DNA of 64,000 bases, taken from Clostridia bacterium (GTDB taxonomy: Bacteria > Bacillota > Clostridia > UBA1212 > DUPL01). The notes under the pieces are model-generated. The model ran no database searches. It was given only the letters and a program-made list of their open reading frames with translations, and was not told the origin of the DNA. Positions 51,108 through 61,246 of the stretch are shown piece after piece. Where the stretch lies: positions 384,001 through 448,000 of the forward strand of contig JBMNIW010000012.1 in the NCBI GenBank assembly GCA_050951325.1, read 5' to 3'. Numbering within the stretch: the first letter of the stretch is position 1; each line of letters begins with the position of its first letter. A program made the position numbers and the translations under genes.

Positions 51108-51591
51108 CTCCTTGTAGTTTCTTTCTAAGGGTGCTCCTAGCTCTGCTCAGTAATGAGCGTACTGTTCCTTCTTTCATATCAAGAAATTCTGCAATTTCCT
51201 TTGTAGAGTAATCCTCGTTATAGAAAAGGTGTATAACGGTTCTTTGTTTAATTGGCAAGTCGAGAACAGCGTAGTACAAATCGCCCTTCTCTTCTATATA
51301 TATGGCATGTTTGTAGTCCTTAACTTCCTCCATTGCTACTATTCTTCTTCGCCAGGAACTTTTCAGGTATGTATTCGAACAATTTATGGTAACTCTTATA
51401 AACCATGCCTTCATGTGTTCCTCGTCGTTGAATCTAGTATTGCTGGTCATAAACCTTATAAATACTTCCTGCAGAATATCGTCTGCATCATGTTTGTTTT
51501 TTGTTCGTGCATATGCCAGACGATATATCATGTTTGCATGTGCTAAAAAGCACTTTTCGATATAATCGTCCGATGTATTATTGATTATCAC
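51091..51591 (-). CDS. ECF RNA polymerase sigma factor
   Basis: DADDILQEVF, KAWFIRVTIN, GTVRSLLSRAR. Confidence 0.93.
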   Translation of the reverse strand: MIINNTSDDYIEKCFLAHANMIYRLAYARTKNKHDADDILQEVFIRFMTSNTRFNDEEHMKAWFIRVTINCSNTYLKSSWRRRIVAMEEVKDYKHAIYIEEKGDLYYAVLDLPIKQRTVIHLFYNEDYSTKEIAEFLDMKEGTVRSLLSRARSTLRKKLQGVDFDV

Positions 51592-51715
51592 TAGGAGTCC
51601 TCCTTTTCATTAGTAACACTAACTACAATTGTGAAATGTTGCAGGTGTTGTATATTATACACAAATAATTAATAACTTTCCCCCAAATATGTAATCCCTG
51701 CAAAAATCAGATTTC

Positions 51716-51744
51716 TTGACAATAGAGGAAGAAACAATTATTAT
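51716..51744 (+). promoter_or_regulatory. Sigma-A type promoter of yhbY
   Basis: TTGACA, 17 nt, TATTAT. Confidence 0.6.
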
Positions 51745-51776
51745 ACGTTAGACAAAATTATAAAGGAAGTATAATT

Positions 51777-52076
51777 ATGCTGACAGGAAAACAGAGAGCA
51801 AATCTAAGAAAACTTGCAAACAATCTAGATACAATAATACAAATAGGCAAAGGGAATATTGAGCAGCCCTTGATAAAACAGGTTGATGATGCCCTTGCAG
51901 CAAGAGAATTGATAAAGGTAAGGGTGCTGACTGAAACCTCTGCACTGACACCTAGAGAAGCTGCCGACATTTTGGCAGAAGCAACTAACAGTGAGGTTAT
52001 TCAGGTTATCGGAAGCAGAATAGTGTTATTCCGCAGGAATCCGGAAAAGGGCAAATACGATGAATATATCAATTAG
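51777..52076 (+). CDS. yhbY: YhbY/CRM RNA-binding protein
   Basis: LTGKQRA.LR, IGK, ELIKV, QVIG..IVLFR. Confidence 0.93.
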   Translation: MLTGKQRANLRKLANNLDTIIQIGKGNIEQPLIKQVDDALAARELIKVRVLTETSALTPREAADILAEATNSEVIQVIGSRIVLFRRNPEKGKYDEYIN

Positions 52077-54160
52077 TCCTTGAAGAGAAGTTTCTCCAGT
52101 TCTTCTACACTGATAACCGGTGTGTGACATACTTTATTGTGGCAAAGATAATACGTTGTATTAGATTTTTTTGCATCGTAGTTTTTTGTATACGGTGCAA
52201 TTTTTTCTATTGTTTTTGCATTGGCCGGAGTCTTTACAATACAGGTTACATTGTACAAACTATGTTTTGCAAAAAGTCTCCTTATATCCGACATATCGAC
52301 TTCATCGCCAGGCAGAACCACAATCAGCTCCTTGGCAGGATAAAGATTCATCATGCCAGCCATCATGCCAAAAGAATGACCTGAAGGATAATGTTTTGTA
52401 GTCCTTGCGATAAATTGAAGCTGTTTGTACGCCAACTCTTCCCAATAAGGGTCAGCAGTTATTTTAGCAAGCAAGTTTATAATATATGCAGCAACGGAGT
52501 TTCCGGAGGGAAGAGCGCCATCGTACGTTTCTTTAGGACGCAAAAAGAGTGTCTCGTTTTGGTCCGAGTAAAAGTAGAAGCCTCCATCTTTTTCATCATA
52601 AAACTTCTTAACCATGTTTTGTGCATATGTTACTGCCTTAACCAGCCATTCTACTTCAAAAACCGTTTGGTAAAGGGTCAAGTAGGCAAATATGGTGAAT
52701 GCATAATCATCCAAAAAACCATCAACATTCTTTGTTCCTTCCCTGTAGCTTACATACAGATTGCCTTGACCATCAGACAAGTGGTTTTCAATGAAACATG
52801 CAGCATTTCTGGCAAGAATCAAATATTTCGGATTCTGGAGAACGGAATATGCTTTTGCTGAAGCTGCTATCATTAATGCATTCCAGGCGGTAAGGATTTT
52901 GTCATCAAGTGAAAGGCTCGTTCTTTGTTTCCTGTATTCATACAGCTCAGCAAATATTTCATTAAATCTGGCTCCTATGGGATGGACTTGATCAATGAAG
53001 TTTGCATAGTTCGGGTTGTTTATCAAGTTTGGTATGCTTTTTCCTTCAAAGTTTCCTTCTTGTGTTATGTCGAAGTTGGCGTTAAACAGTTTTCCATCTT
53101 CCTCTCCCAGAACCAGAATGGTTTCAGAAGGTGTAAATACATAGTATTTTCCTTCCACACCTTCGCTGTCAGCATCCTGAGCGGAATAGAATCCTCCTTC
53201 AACGCTGACCATTTCCTGGGAAATATATTTAAATGTTTTTACAACTATGTTCTTGAATAACTCGTTTTTTGTTATCTGATATGCTTCAAGGTATGCCATT
53301 ATTAATAGAGCGTTGTCGTATAGCATTTTTTCAAAATGAGGAAGCAGCCATTCATTGTCTGTTGAATATCGTGAGAAACCTCCTGCGATATGATCAAATA
53401 TGCCTCCTTTGTACATTTGTATGAGAGTATTAGCAGCCATTTCAATAGCCTTTTTGTCGTTTTCAAAAACACCATATCTTAAAAGAAATAAAAGATTGTG
53501 TGGCGTTGGGAACTTGGGTGCACTTCCAAAGCCTCCATGTTTTTCGTCATATATGCTCGCAAAGTGGTTTCTAGAGTTGTGAAAATACTCCAGGGTCATT
53601 CCTTCCTTGCCGGATTCCACAGCTTGACTTTCCAAAATTGCATTGATTATTTCATTGCCTACTCTGTGTAAAGATTCCTTGTCTGTTTGCCATTTCTCGG
53701 CAATAGTTGCAAGAATGTCAATAAGTCCGTGTCTTCCGTACTTGGTTCTCTTTGGAAAGTATGTGCCTGCATAGATTGGTGCTTTGTCTGGTGTAAGGAT
53801 TACCGTCAAAGGCCATCCACCTGAACCGGTCAGCATGGTGCATACATTCATATACACCATGTCAATGTCAGGTCTTTCTTCCCTGTCCACTTTAATGGAT
53901 ACAAAATATTTGTTTAATAGGGAAGCAACTTCTTCATCTTCAAAGGATTCTTCCGCCATTACATGGCACCAGTGGCAAGTCGGCTAATAACAGCAAAACT
54001 ACGAATACCCAATCGAAAGAAAGATTGGCTTCCCTTCTATTTTTGCTTTCTCAAAAGCCTCGTCTCCCCATGGAAACCAAGACACAGGATTGTAAGCATG
54101 TTGTAAGAGATAGGGGCTTTTCTCGTTTATCAATCGATTGGGTTTTCTATTGTTTGCCAT
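52073..54160 (-). CDS. yyaL: YyaL/SPATA20 thioredoxin-domain protein interrupted by an in-frame 21-nt insert with two TAG codons (recoded gene or pseudogene)
   Basis: [15 protein letters not shown]...IFLSIGYS, insert at 53981-54001, then [36 protein letters not shown] in the same frame. Confidence 0.85.
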
Positions 54161-54232
54161 ATTACCACCTCCCTTAAAAATCAAAGTTATTCTTTTATAA
54201 TAATATATCCTAAAATCACAAATTTAAAGGCT

Positions 54233-54261
54233 AAAGGCTACCGAATTTTACGGTAGCCTTT
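54233..54261. terminator. Intrinsic terminator near the island edge
   Basis: AAAGGCTACCG / CGGTAGCCTTT 11-bp stem. Confidence 0.75.
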
Positions 54262-54276
54262 GTGCTAGTGAACTCT

Positions 54277-54447
54277 TTACGCAGTTTTTTCAACCTCTGT
54301 AGCACTGTTCAATTTCGTAGTAACGTCTTTTTCGACATTACAAGTGTCCTTTGTAGTTATTGTATTATAAACTACTTGGCTTAAATTGGACAGTGCAAAC
54401 TGTGATGGTTTGTTAAGTTCTTTAACTACAAATTTAATTTTGGCCAT
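54277..54447 (-). CDS. Small hypothetical protein (56 aa)
   Basis: GGAGG RBS before ATG; MAKIKFVVKELNKPSQ. Confidence 0.55.
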   Translation of the reverse strand: MAKIKFVVKELNKPSQFALSNLSQVVYNTITTKDTCNVEKDVTTKLNSATEVEKTA

Positions 54448-54535
54448 CCAGTTAGCACCTCCAATTTTCTCTGTATCATTGGTAGTATAACACATAATTT
54501 TTGGAGAGTTCAGAAACATAGCAATCAATTAATAT

Positions 54536-54593
54536 AAGGAGTAACAATAAGAACCTACACCTTTAGTAGTTAGGTTCTTATTGTTTGTCTTTT
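54536..54593. repeat. Left hairpin repeat of the primase cassette
   Basis: 15-bp stem AACAATAAGAACCTA / TAGGTTCTTATTGTT; inverted copy at 56772-56827. Confidence 0.9.
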
Positions 54594-54789
54594 CTATAAA
54601 AAAGTCTATGTCAAAATTTGATTTCAATAACACAGTGATTATAATGCCAAAAAATCGATAATGGAGTCGCTAGCCTAAACGGAAAACACCTTGTTTTAAA
54701 GCGGAAATTTATAAAAATACTACGGAAAATGTTTCAATGTAAGCGAAAATCATAAAGTTTAGTGACTCCTCTCAAAAGGAGGAGTTATT

Positions 54790-56766
54790 ATGAATTCAAA
54801 AATTAACTATGAAAATCGCAAAGCATTGGACATTTCAGATTTTGAATTTTTATCCCTATTTAAAAAAGAGAATGAAAAGGTATATTTCAGGCTTATTCAG
54901 GAAGAAAATCATATAGCGAAAAACTTTGATTGTCTATTAAGCCTAGATAACGATTTAGAATACCCGCTTATGCAAAAGATTTTTCAAAAGTATCAAAATC
55001 AGGGTTTTGGGATTTATTTTGTAGTAAATAGTGGTGGTCAAAAGAAAAAGTCTATTAAACGGATAAATGCACACTTTATTGATATGGACTTTGGAAAGGT
55101 TCCAAAAATTATTAACGGGATATCTCTAAAAGATTCTAAGGGAAAAACTATTTATGAATATAGGAGTAAAGAAGAAATAGAAAAATATAAAATAGATTTT
55201 TTAAAGAGGTTGGAGAATTTTAAACTGAACCCAAATGTTATTGTAGAAACCAAAAATGGTTTCCATGTTTATTGGCTGCTTGACTTTGAGAAGACCCAAA
55301 ATTTATATTCATTTCCTCCACTGCAAGAAAAACTTATTGAGTATTTTGCTGCTTCTGAAGAAAGAAAAGAGCACGCTGATTCCAGCGTAAAGGATATAAG
55401 CAGAGTTTTAAGGCTAATAAACTATAAGCATTTAAAGAATCCCAAAGACCCCTTTACTATAAAGTGTATATATCTAAATACTAATATTAAATACACTCAG
55501 GAAGATATTGCCTCTGCTATAGGATACAATATCATTGAGTTGGTTAGTAATACGGAAATTGTTGAAATGAAATCAGTTGCTGTGAAGACTGAAACCAGCA
55601 ATTCGCCAAAAGAAAATATCGGGATTTCCCCCTCTTCAGTCTTGCAGTATGAAGATTTGATTCCGTTTTTAAAGCAACAGGATTTAATAGACTATCTTGG
55701 CATTGATTCAAAGCCTAATATAAACTTTAAATGCATATTTCATAATGACAATAAGCCCAGTGCTGTAATCAAAAATAATAACGGATACTATAAATATTTT
55801 TGTAATTCGCCTAACTGTACTTGCTATCACGAAGGTAAAGGCTTAGATATTATTGATATTGTTGAAATTAAAGAGAACTGTGATACTTCAACGGCTATTA
55901 AGAAATTGATTGAAGATTTTCATATTAAATTGGAAGATTCAACTTGGATAAATGAACAGAGTAAAAAATTCGAAAACAATATCAAACTTTTAGAGCAACT
56001 TACCCAAAAGGAAGATGAGTTTCCAAGCCTTAACCGAATCATAAAGTTTGGCTATCCCATACTAATGCACATTTTGGAAATTGGAAAGAATAACATCAGT
56101 AATCGGTTCTTTAGCGTAAGAGGAGAAAGCCTATTTTTCTTCTCTAACCGTTATTTAGCGAAAAAAATGAATAAAAATGTTTGTAACATAAATAAATATA
56201 TTAATTTGTTCTGCACATTAGGGCTTTTGCGCAAAATCCCATACAGAGATGTAAATCAAAATCTAAGAAAAACTGCTCTTCAACTTTCAAAAGAACATTC
56301 TCATAATGGTATATCCTTCTACACCATTCCTGACTATAGTGAGGCTTTTAAAACAGCAAATGAAAGGGCAGAAATAATGCTGGAATACCGCTTTACTATA
56401 AAAGGTATGAGCAAAAAATATATAGAAAATTGCTTTGGAGAAGAGTTTGCTAATCAAATTTATCATGTAGACATAAAGAGTAGTAAGAGAAGCGAGAACA
56501 TCAGAAACGCTATCGAAAAATTTATATTGCATCAAATCAAAATATATGGTTACTGTACTAAAGATATGATTATGACTCATAGATTAGTAGTTGATAACTG
56601 CTATATAAGAAAAGGAGTAAAAGATTATGAGTTTAGGAGAGTCCTCCCTGATATCATGCAAAAATACGACCTCGTATACAGAAAGGCAAATAAGAATATA
56701 AATAAAAAACTTGGGATTGATACAAAGAAATATTTAATTGTTCAGAGGAGCATTCTAGATGATTAG
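54790..56766 (+). CDS. RepB-type DNA primase domain plus CHC2 zinc finger replication protein
   Basis: FIDMD, VETKNGFHVYW, D.SRVLRL...H.K primase motifs; CIFHND..PS...YFC...C zinc finger; AAGGAGG RBS. Confidence 0.75.
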   Translation: MNSKINYENRKALDISDFEFLSLFKKENEKVYFRLIQEENHIAKNFDCLLSLDNDLEYPLMQKIFQKYQNQGFGIYFVVNSGGQKKKSIKRINAHFIDMDFGKVPKIINGISLKDSKGKTIYEYRSKEEIEKYKIDFLKRLENFKLNPNVIVETKNGFHVYWLLDFEKTQNLYSFPPLQEKLIEYFAASEERKEHADSSVKDISRVLRLINYKHLKNPKDPFTIKCIYLNTNIKYTQEDIASAIGYNIIELVSNTEIVEMKSVAVKTETSNSPKENIGISPSSVLQYEDLIPFLKQQDLIDYLGIDSKPNINFKCIFHNDNKPSAVIKNNNGYYKYFCNSPNCTCYHEGKGLDIIDIVEIKENCDTSTAIKKLIEDFHIKLEDSTWINEQSKKFENNIKLLEQLTQKEDEFPSLNRIIKFGYPILMHILEIGKNNISNRFFSVRGESLFFFSNRYLAKKMNKNVCNINKYINLFCTLGLLRKIPYRDVNQNLRKTALQLSKEHSHNGISFYTIPDYSEAFKTANERAEIMLEYRFTIKGMSKKYIENCFGEEFANQIYHVDIKSSKRSENIRNAIEKFILHQIKIYGYCTKDMIMTHRLVVDNCYIRKGVKDYEFRRVLPDIMQKYDLVYRKANKNINKKLGIDTKKYLIVQRSILDD

Positions 56767-56771
56767 TTTCA

Positions 56772-56827
56772 AAAAAGGCAAACAATAAGAACCTAACTAC
56801 AGTAGTGGGTTCTTATTGTTACTCCTT
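56772..56827. repeat. Right hairpin repeat of the primase cassette
   Basis: AACAATAAGAACC / GGTTCTTATTGTT stem; 20-bp and 22-bp blocks are exact reverse complements of the left copy. Confidence 0.9.
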
Positions 56828-57075
56828 TTCTATAAATACCTAGACTAATAAAGAAGTTAGCAATCTTTTTATTCTCAAATAATATAATATAAGGCATAAA
56901 TTAAGCAACATTCCGATTGGGAACAAACAATCACAACTATCTACTTCCAATTAATTCATATTTGATTATATTATCTACTTTGTATATTTTTATATTTAAC
57001 ATTTGGATTTGTATATTGCTGATGTTTTTTCTTCTCCCATATTCAAATGAAAGTGTTTAAAAGAACTATAGTAAT

Positions 57076-57699
57076 TTATTCAATATTTGCTTGATTAAGG
57101 TTATTCTCATATTCCTTAACCCTTCTGTAAAATGTATTTCGCTTCATCATACATAATTCCATCGCTTTAACTGCTGTTATCTTTCCTGATTTCCATTGCT
57201 TATATGCTTTTACAAAATTATCGTCTATAATATGTTTTGGTCTTCCGAAGCGAACTCCTTTTGCCTTTGCTACGGCTATTCCCTGGCGTTGTCTTTTCCT
57301 AATATTATCTCTTTCTCTCTCTGCAACAAAACTTAGAACCTGAAGTACCAAATCACTTACAAAATTACCTAATGTGTCCTTATATTGAGTAGTATCTAAT
57401 AGGGGCATGTCTAAAACTTTAATGTCCGCTTTGATTTCCTCTGTTATTTCTCTCCACTCTTTTAGAATTTCTCTGTAATTTCTTCCGAAACGGTCAATTG
57501 CCTCAACTATCAATAAATCGCCCTGGTTTAACACTCTTTTCAATAGTTGATATTCTCTCCTCTCAAAGTCTTTGCCGCTTTCTTTATCCATAAAAATAAA
57601 ACGCTCATCGACCCCATGTTTTTTCATCTCTTCTATTTGCCGTGCCTCATTTTGGTCCTTAGAACTGACCCTTATATACCCATAGATTCTTCTATTCAA
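57076..57699 (-). CDS. Small serine recombinase (resolvase/invertase family)
   Basis: YIRVSSKDQN..RQ, DRFGR, RQRQGI..AK..G..FGRP, C-terminal HTH. Confidence 0.95.
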   Translation of the reverse strand: MNRRIYGYIRVSSKDQNEARQIEEMKKHGVDERFIFMDKESGKDFERREYQLLKRVLNQGDLLIVEAIDRFGRNYREILKEWREITEEIKADIKVLDMPLLDTTQYKDTLGNFVSDLVLQVLSFVAERERDNIRKRQRQGIAVAKAKGVRFGRPKHIIDDNFVKAYKQWKSGKITAVKAMELCMMKRNTFYRRVKEYENNLNQANIE

Positions 57700-57736
57700 T
57701 TTCTCATCATCCTTTACTAAGGAAATCTAAAGACTA

Positions 57737-57846
57737 TTTCAAAAGGTTGCTGCACTTTTGAAACATATTTCAAAAGTAAAAATTAACTTTTTGAAATGCA
57801 AATTTTGACCTTATTGACCTGTTTCAAAAAGTGTAGTTTTTGAAAC
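57737..57846. promoter_or_regulatory. Putative res site with three dyad subsites
   Basis: TTTCAAAA...TTTTGAAA dyads at 57737-57763, 57768-57796 and 57821-57846, upstream of the resolvase. Confidence 0.75.
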
Positions 57847-57972
57847 TATAAGATACTATTTCTTTTAATACATGAACCAAGTAATACAAACATTGAATAT
57901 GTAAAAGATTTAGAGATAAGTGGTAAGTTTGACCTTATCCTCTTATCCCTATACACCCTTATCCCTACTTTT

Positions 57973-58173
57973 CTAACTATGCTGTTTTATTTCCTTCCAT
58001 TCTCTTATATTATCTTTAATAAAAAATGCTGTCACTATAACAAATGGCATTATTGCGAGCCATCTGTATTCGAAGAATAATCTCTGGTAAAAGTAGTAAA
58101 TCAAAAAGAATGTTGTGTATGCTACTATTGTTGGTATTACTATATAAAAAATTATATCTAATCTCTTTCTCAT
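57973..58173 (-). CDS. Small two-TM membrane protein
   Basis: Two hydrophobic segments; AGGGAG RBS. Confidence 0.5.
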   Translation of the reverse strand: MRKRLDIIFYIVIPTIVAYTTFFLIYYFYQRLFFEYRWLAIMPFVIVTAFFIKDNIREWKEIKQHS

Positions 58174-58432
58174 CAATAATCAACTCCCTTCTTCATCTAT
58201 ATGGTAGCGCGCACAAAGAAATTTGTCAGGTCCAATTTCTAAAAATGTAATTTATTTGTAATAAAGTTATTAAATTTTGCCGTCTTAAAATACTTCAAAA
58301 TCCTTGATACTTAAACCTTTTTCCCATGCAAACTAAAATACATATATAATTAATAGTGCTCAGGATAGAAGGTTCAAATTGAAATAGAAATAATATGACT
58401 TTAAAAAGCGATAGAATCAAATAGAAATCTCT

Positions 58433-59302
58433 TTATTTTATATTAAATACCATTTTTTCAAGTTCATTTATGGTGCTGATGCATATAGCCTTTCTAATCC
58501 AATCTATTAATATACTTTCATTTTGTTCGTTCATAATTGCATGGCTAATATAGTCAGGTAAAGAATCAAACTTATATAAAAGGATTACTAACAACGAGTC
58601 CCGCAATCCTTCCTTCTTCCCTTCATCTCTAATTCTCAATCCTACTTCCGTATCCATTAAACATTCCTTTACAATGTCTACTACTTCATATTCACCAAAT
58701 CGTGATGCTATTTCAGTTATAACTGTTACATAAGCCACCCGTTCATCTTCATCTCTTATACTCTCTAATAAAAGCATAACTTTTTTAAATGCTTTATTGA
58801 AGGATGTCGAATGCTTCATAAATGGAAAAAATACCAGGTTCAATTTGTCTCTCTCATTAAGTAGTTTACCTAAAGTAATTTTTTGACTTAGTTCCTCATA
58901 TACCTTATCCCCATCAATACCTGATAAATCTACTATTTGAACTTCATAACATATTGAGCCGAAGTTTCTTATTATTTTGCCATCTTGCCTGATTCCAAAA
59001 TTCAGGATTACTGTCCTTACCTTAAATCCATATCTTAAAACTATACTCATGTCATAAGCAAACATTCCCGGGTAGTCAGGTTTTATTTCTTCATTCATAA
59101 TTTCTATGTGAAGCAATGTATCATCCTCAAGTAAAAACATCAGTAATGGTAGTTTATAATTTTCTATCTTTTCTACTTCCACTATTTCTTTAACCTTTTC
59201 TGATTCTAAACCAATCTCCTTGAATGATAGCCCTTGAAATATCCTATTATAACTTTTTTCATTGAAACTCTCTTCCTGAAAGTTTGCTCTCATATCCGTC
59301 AT
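58433..59302 (-). CDS. Rpn/YhgA-like PD-(D/E)XK family protein, diverged
   Basis: LLEDDTLLHIEI, MFAY, VRTVIL, EGKKEG...L..KF C-terminal pattern. Confidence 0.6.
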   Translation of the reverse strand: MTDMRANFQEESFNEKSYNRIFQGLSFKEIGLESEKVKEIVEVEKIENYKLPLLMFLLEDDTLLHIEIMNEEIKPDYPGMFAYDMSIVLRYGFKVRTVILNFGIRQDGKIIRNFGSICYEVQIVDLSGIDGDKVYEELSQKITLGKLLNERDKLNLVFFPFMKHSTSFNKAFKKVMLLLESIRDEDERVAYVTVITEIASRFGEYEVVDIVKECLMDTEVGLRIRDEGKKEGLRDSLLVILLYKFDSLPDYISHAIMNEQNESILIDWIRKAICISTINELEKMVFNIK

Positions 59303-59577
59303 CTCTTATCCTTGCATTTTGCTGCATCAAATTTTCTCAAAATTAAAAGCACATTCTCCTTAATTATTGCCAGTATAAACCCGGCTGTGAAAAGAGAATG
59401 TGCTCTCTACCTGTTTTTCAAAAATTATTGTAGCGCATATAGATAGAGAAAACAATAAACTCATAAAATTATATTAACTTCTATTTTTTTACTAATGAAA
59501 CTTATGATTCTAAAAATTTGACTTTCAACCTGCATGTGACTATAATGCTTCAAATTTCTGTAAAGGGGTGCTTAGTA

Positions 59578-59871
59578 ATGATAAACCTTGAAGTTTTGAT
59601 ATTGGAACTAAATTACTTGAAACAGGTTATAAAGGCCGTATTAGGGGATAAGGTTTCAGCAGAAATAAATGAAGCAATAACTGCATTGATTATTTCTTTC
59701 CTTTTCCCTAATGCCTATGATTCCTTATCATTTTCTTATATCCAAACAATTGAACAGTATTTAAAACAAACTCAGCAAAAATTAATACCTTATGAATATA
59801 AACAAATGCTTAACAACATCCCTTCAATAAGGAATTTATTAGTGAAAGTAAAACTTGAGATGTCCGTGTAA
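59578..59871 (+). CDS. Hypothetical protein
   Basis: ORF with AGGGGTG RBS before ATG 59578. Confidence 0.5.
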   Translation: MINLEVLILELNYLKQVIKAVLGDKVSAEINEAITALIISFLFPNAYDSLSFSYIQTIEQYLKQTQQKLIPYEYKQMLNNIPSIRNLLVKVKLEMSV

Positions 59872-59957
59872 TGTACTTATAAAATAATACAGGCTTTACA
59901 GGATATACATCCTTATCCCCAAAGCCTTCTTCCTTTATCCTAATTTTCCTTAACCTC

Positions 59958-60224
59958 TCAATCACCTTGTTCCCTTATAAACTGAAATAAGTCTGAATTA
60001 TCCATTTCCCTAAAATCATCGGCTTTTATAATATTTGTTAAAATTATCAAGGTGTTATTTTTATTCATTTTACCGGCTAAAGTAAATCTAAAATCTTTAT
60101 CATAAGCAATTATGAAATCCCGGTCCTTTTCTATTTTAATTACTTCTAGTTGCTTTATAATGTCTTCTTTATTTAATTTGTATTCATCAATAAGTTCATC
60201 ACATTCGATAAAAACCTTATTCAT
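59958..60224 (-). CDS. Hypothetical protein
   Basis: 88-aa ORF with AAGGTGA RBS. Confidence 0.6.
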   Translation of the reverse strand: MNKVFIECDELIDEYKLNKEDIIKQLEVIKIEKDRDFIIAYDKDFRFTLAGKMNKNNTLIILTNIIKADDFREMDNSDLFQFIREQGD

Positions 60225-60346
60225 ATTTCCATATCACCTTTTTCATATATTACTTTTCATATTATATAAATTTGTTATCTCTAAATCAATTGGAATAAAT
60301 CCTTGTAATCCCCTTGAAATAATACTTTTCCTTATTTCCTTTATCC

Positions 60347-61075
60347 TTAATCTACAATATCAAATATCCCATTTTTACACCTATAAACTTTACCTGAAAT
60401 CCTGTTCGGGTCTTTATCTATCATAATCAATGATTCAATAATTTTTATATATTCAAGACAATATCTAGCCACAATTAAAGTAGTTGACGAGGGGATTGCA
60501 AAAATATAATCCCGTCCTACTTTTTTTAATATCTGTTTTTGTATGGAATCACTAAGTAGGAACGATGCATTGAAATCCGTAGTATATCGCAAACAGTATA
60601 AATTTAGCGCATCATCCAATCGTACCAGTATGTTGGAAAGTTTATTCAGATTTTTCCATGCTGCCTTTTTCATTTTTTCAAAGTCTACATCGTCGCTAAA
60701 TAGTATGAATCTAAAAACTTCTCCGATATCCGAAGCATAAAAAATATCTACATCAGCAAATGCATGTTCTCTATAAAACCCTAAATCCTTTTCCCCTTTC
60801 CCAAAATCCCTGCTCTTAAGCAGCGGAAAAACATTGTTGTAGTCAATCTTAAATTTATATTGACTCAAAATATCATTAATAATTTTAATATATGATGCTA
60901 AAGTTTTCCCATAATCCTTGGTCTCTTGGTATTCCTTATAAATACTACTAACAGGTATAGACACACTGTTTGGGTTAGACTCCACAATAACATACTTTCC
61001 CTGGACCCTTGCTATAGGAAATGTTTTATTTAAATCAAAAATTATCTTCCTTGAAAAATCAGCAATAGTAAGCAT
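60347..61075 (-). CDS. DUF1444/YtpQ-like protein
   Basis: VFPLLK, IFYASD.G..FRFI, AWKNL, ASFLL, FAIPS; AAGGAGG RBS. Confidence 0.6.
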   Translation of the reverse strand: MLTIADFSRKIIFDLNKTFPIARVQGKYVIVESNPNSVSIPVSSIYKEYQETKDYGKTLASYIKIINDILSQYKFKIDYNNVFPLLKSRDFGKGEKDLGFYREHAFADVDIFYASDIGEVFRFILFSDDVDFEKMKKAAWKNLNKLSNILVRLDDALNLYCLRYTTDFNASFLLSDSIQKQILKKVGRDYIFAIPSSTTLIVARYCLEYIKIIESLIMIDKDPNRISGKVYRCKNGIFDIVD

Positions 61076-61246
61076 TACCTACCTCCTTAATAACTCTATT
61101 AAAACACAAAAAGCATACTCTCTTAACTTATTCCAGCATCTACTGGCTGTAAGAGAATATGCTCTCAATCTGTATACTTATATTTTACGTTATACTATAG
61201 GCAAGCGCAATCTTTTTGTTTTAAATTTAATACTGTGAATATAAAC

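Noticed and set aside
51614-51643. Autoregulatory ECF promoter (TGCAAC ... GTGTTA on the minus strand)
   Set aside because: The -35 is plausible, but spacing and the -10 element are ambiguous.
53981-54001. Selenocysteine or genome-wide TAG reassignment as the explanation for the yyaL stops
   Set aside because: The stops are TAG, not TGA; both motif cysteines are TGC; and other genes in the window end normally at TAG.
54536-56827. Hairpin repeats as a CRISPR array or IS terminal repeats
   Set aside because: Only two copies, 2.2 kb apart, with no spacers or cas genes; the enclosed gene has no DDE transposase motifs and I found no target duplication.
61112-61166. Long inverted repeat upstream of the DUF1444-like gene as a riboswitch
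   Set aside because: No recognisable aptamer consensus; adequately explained as a terminator for the upstream gene.
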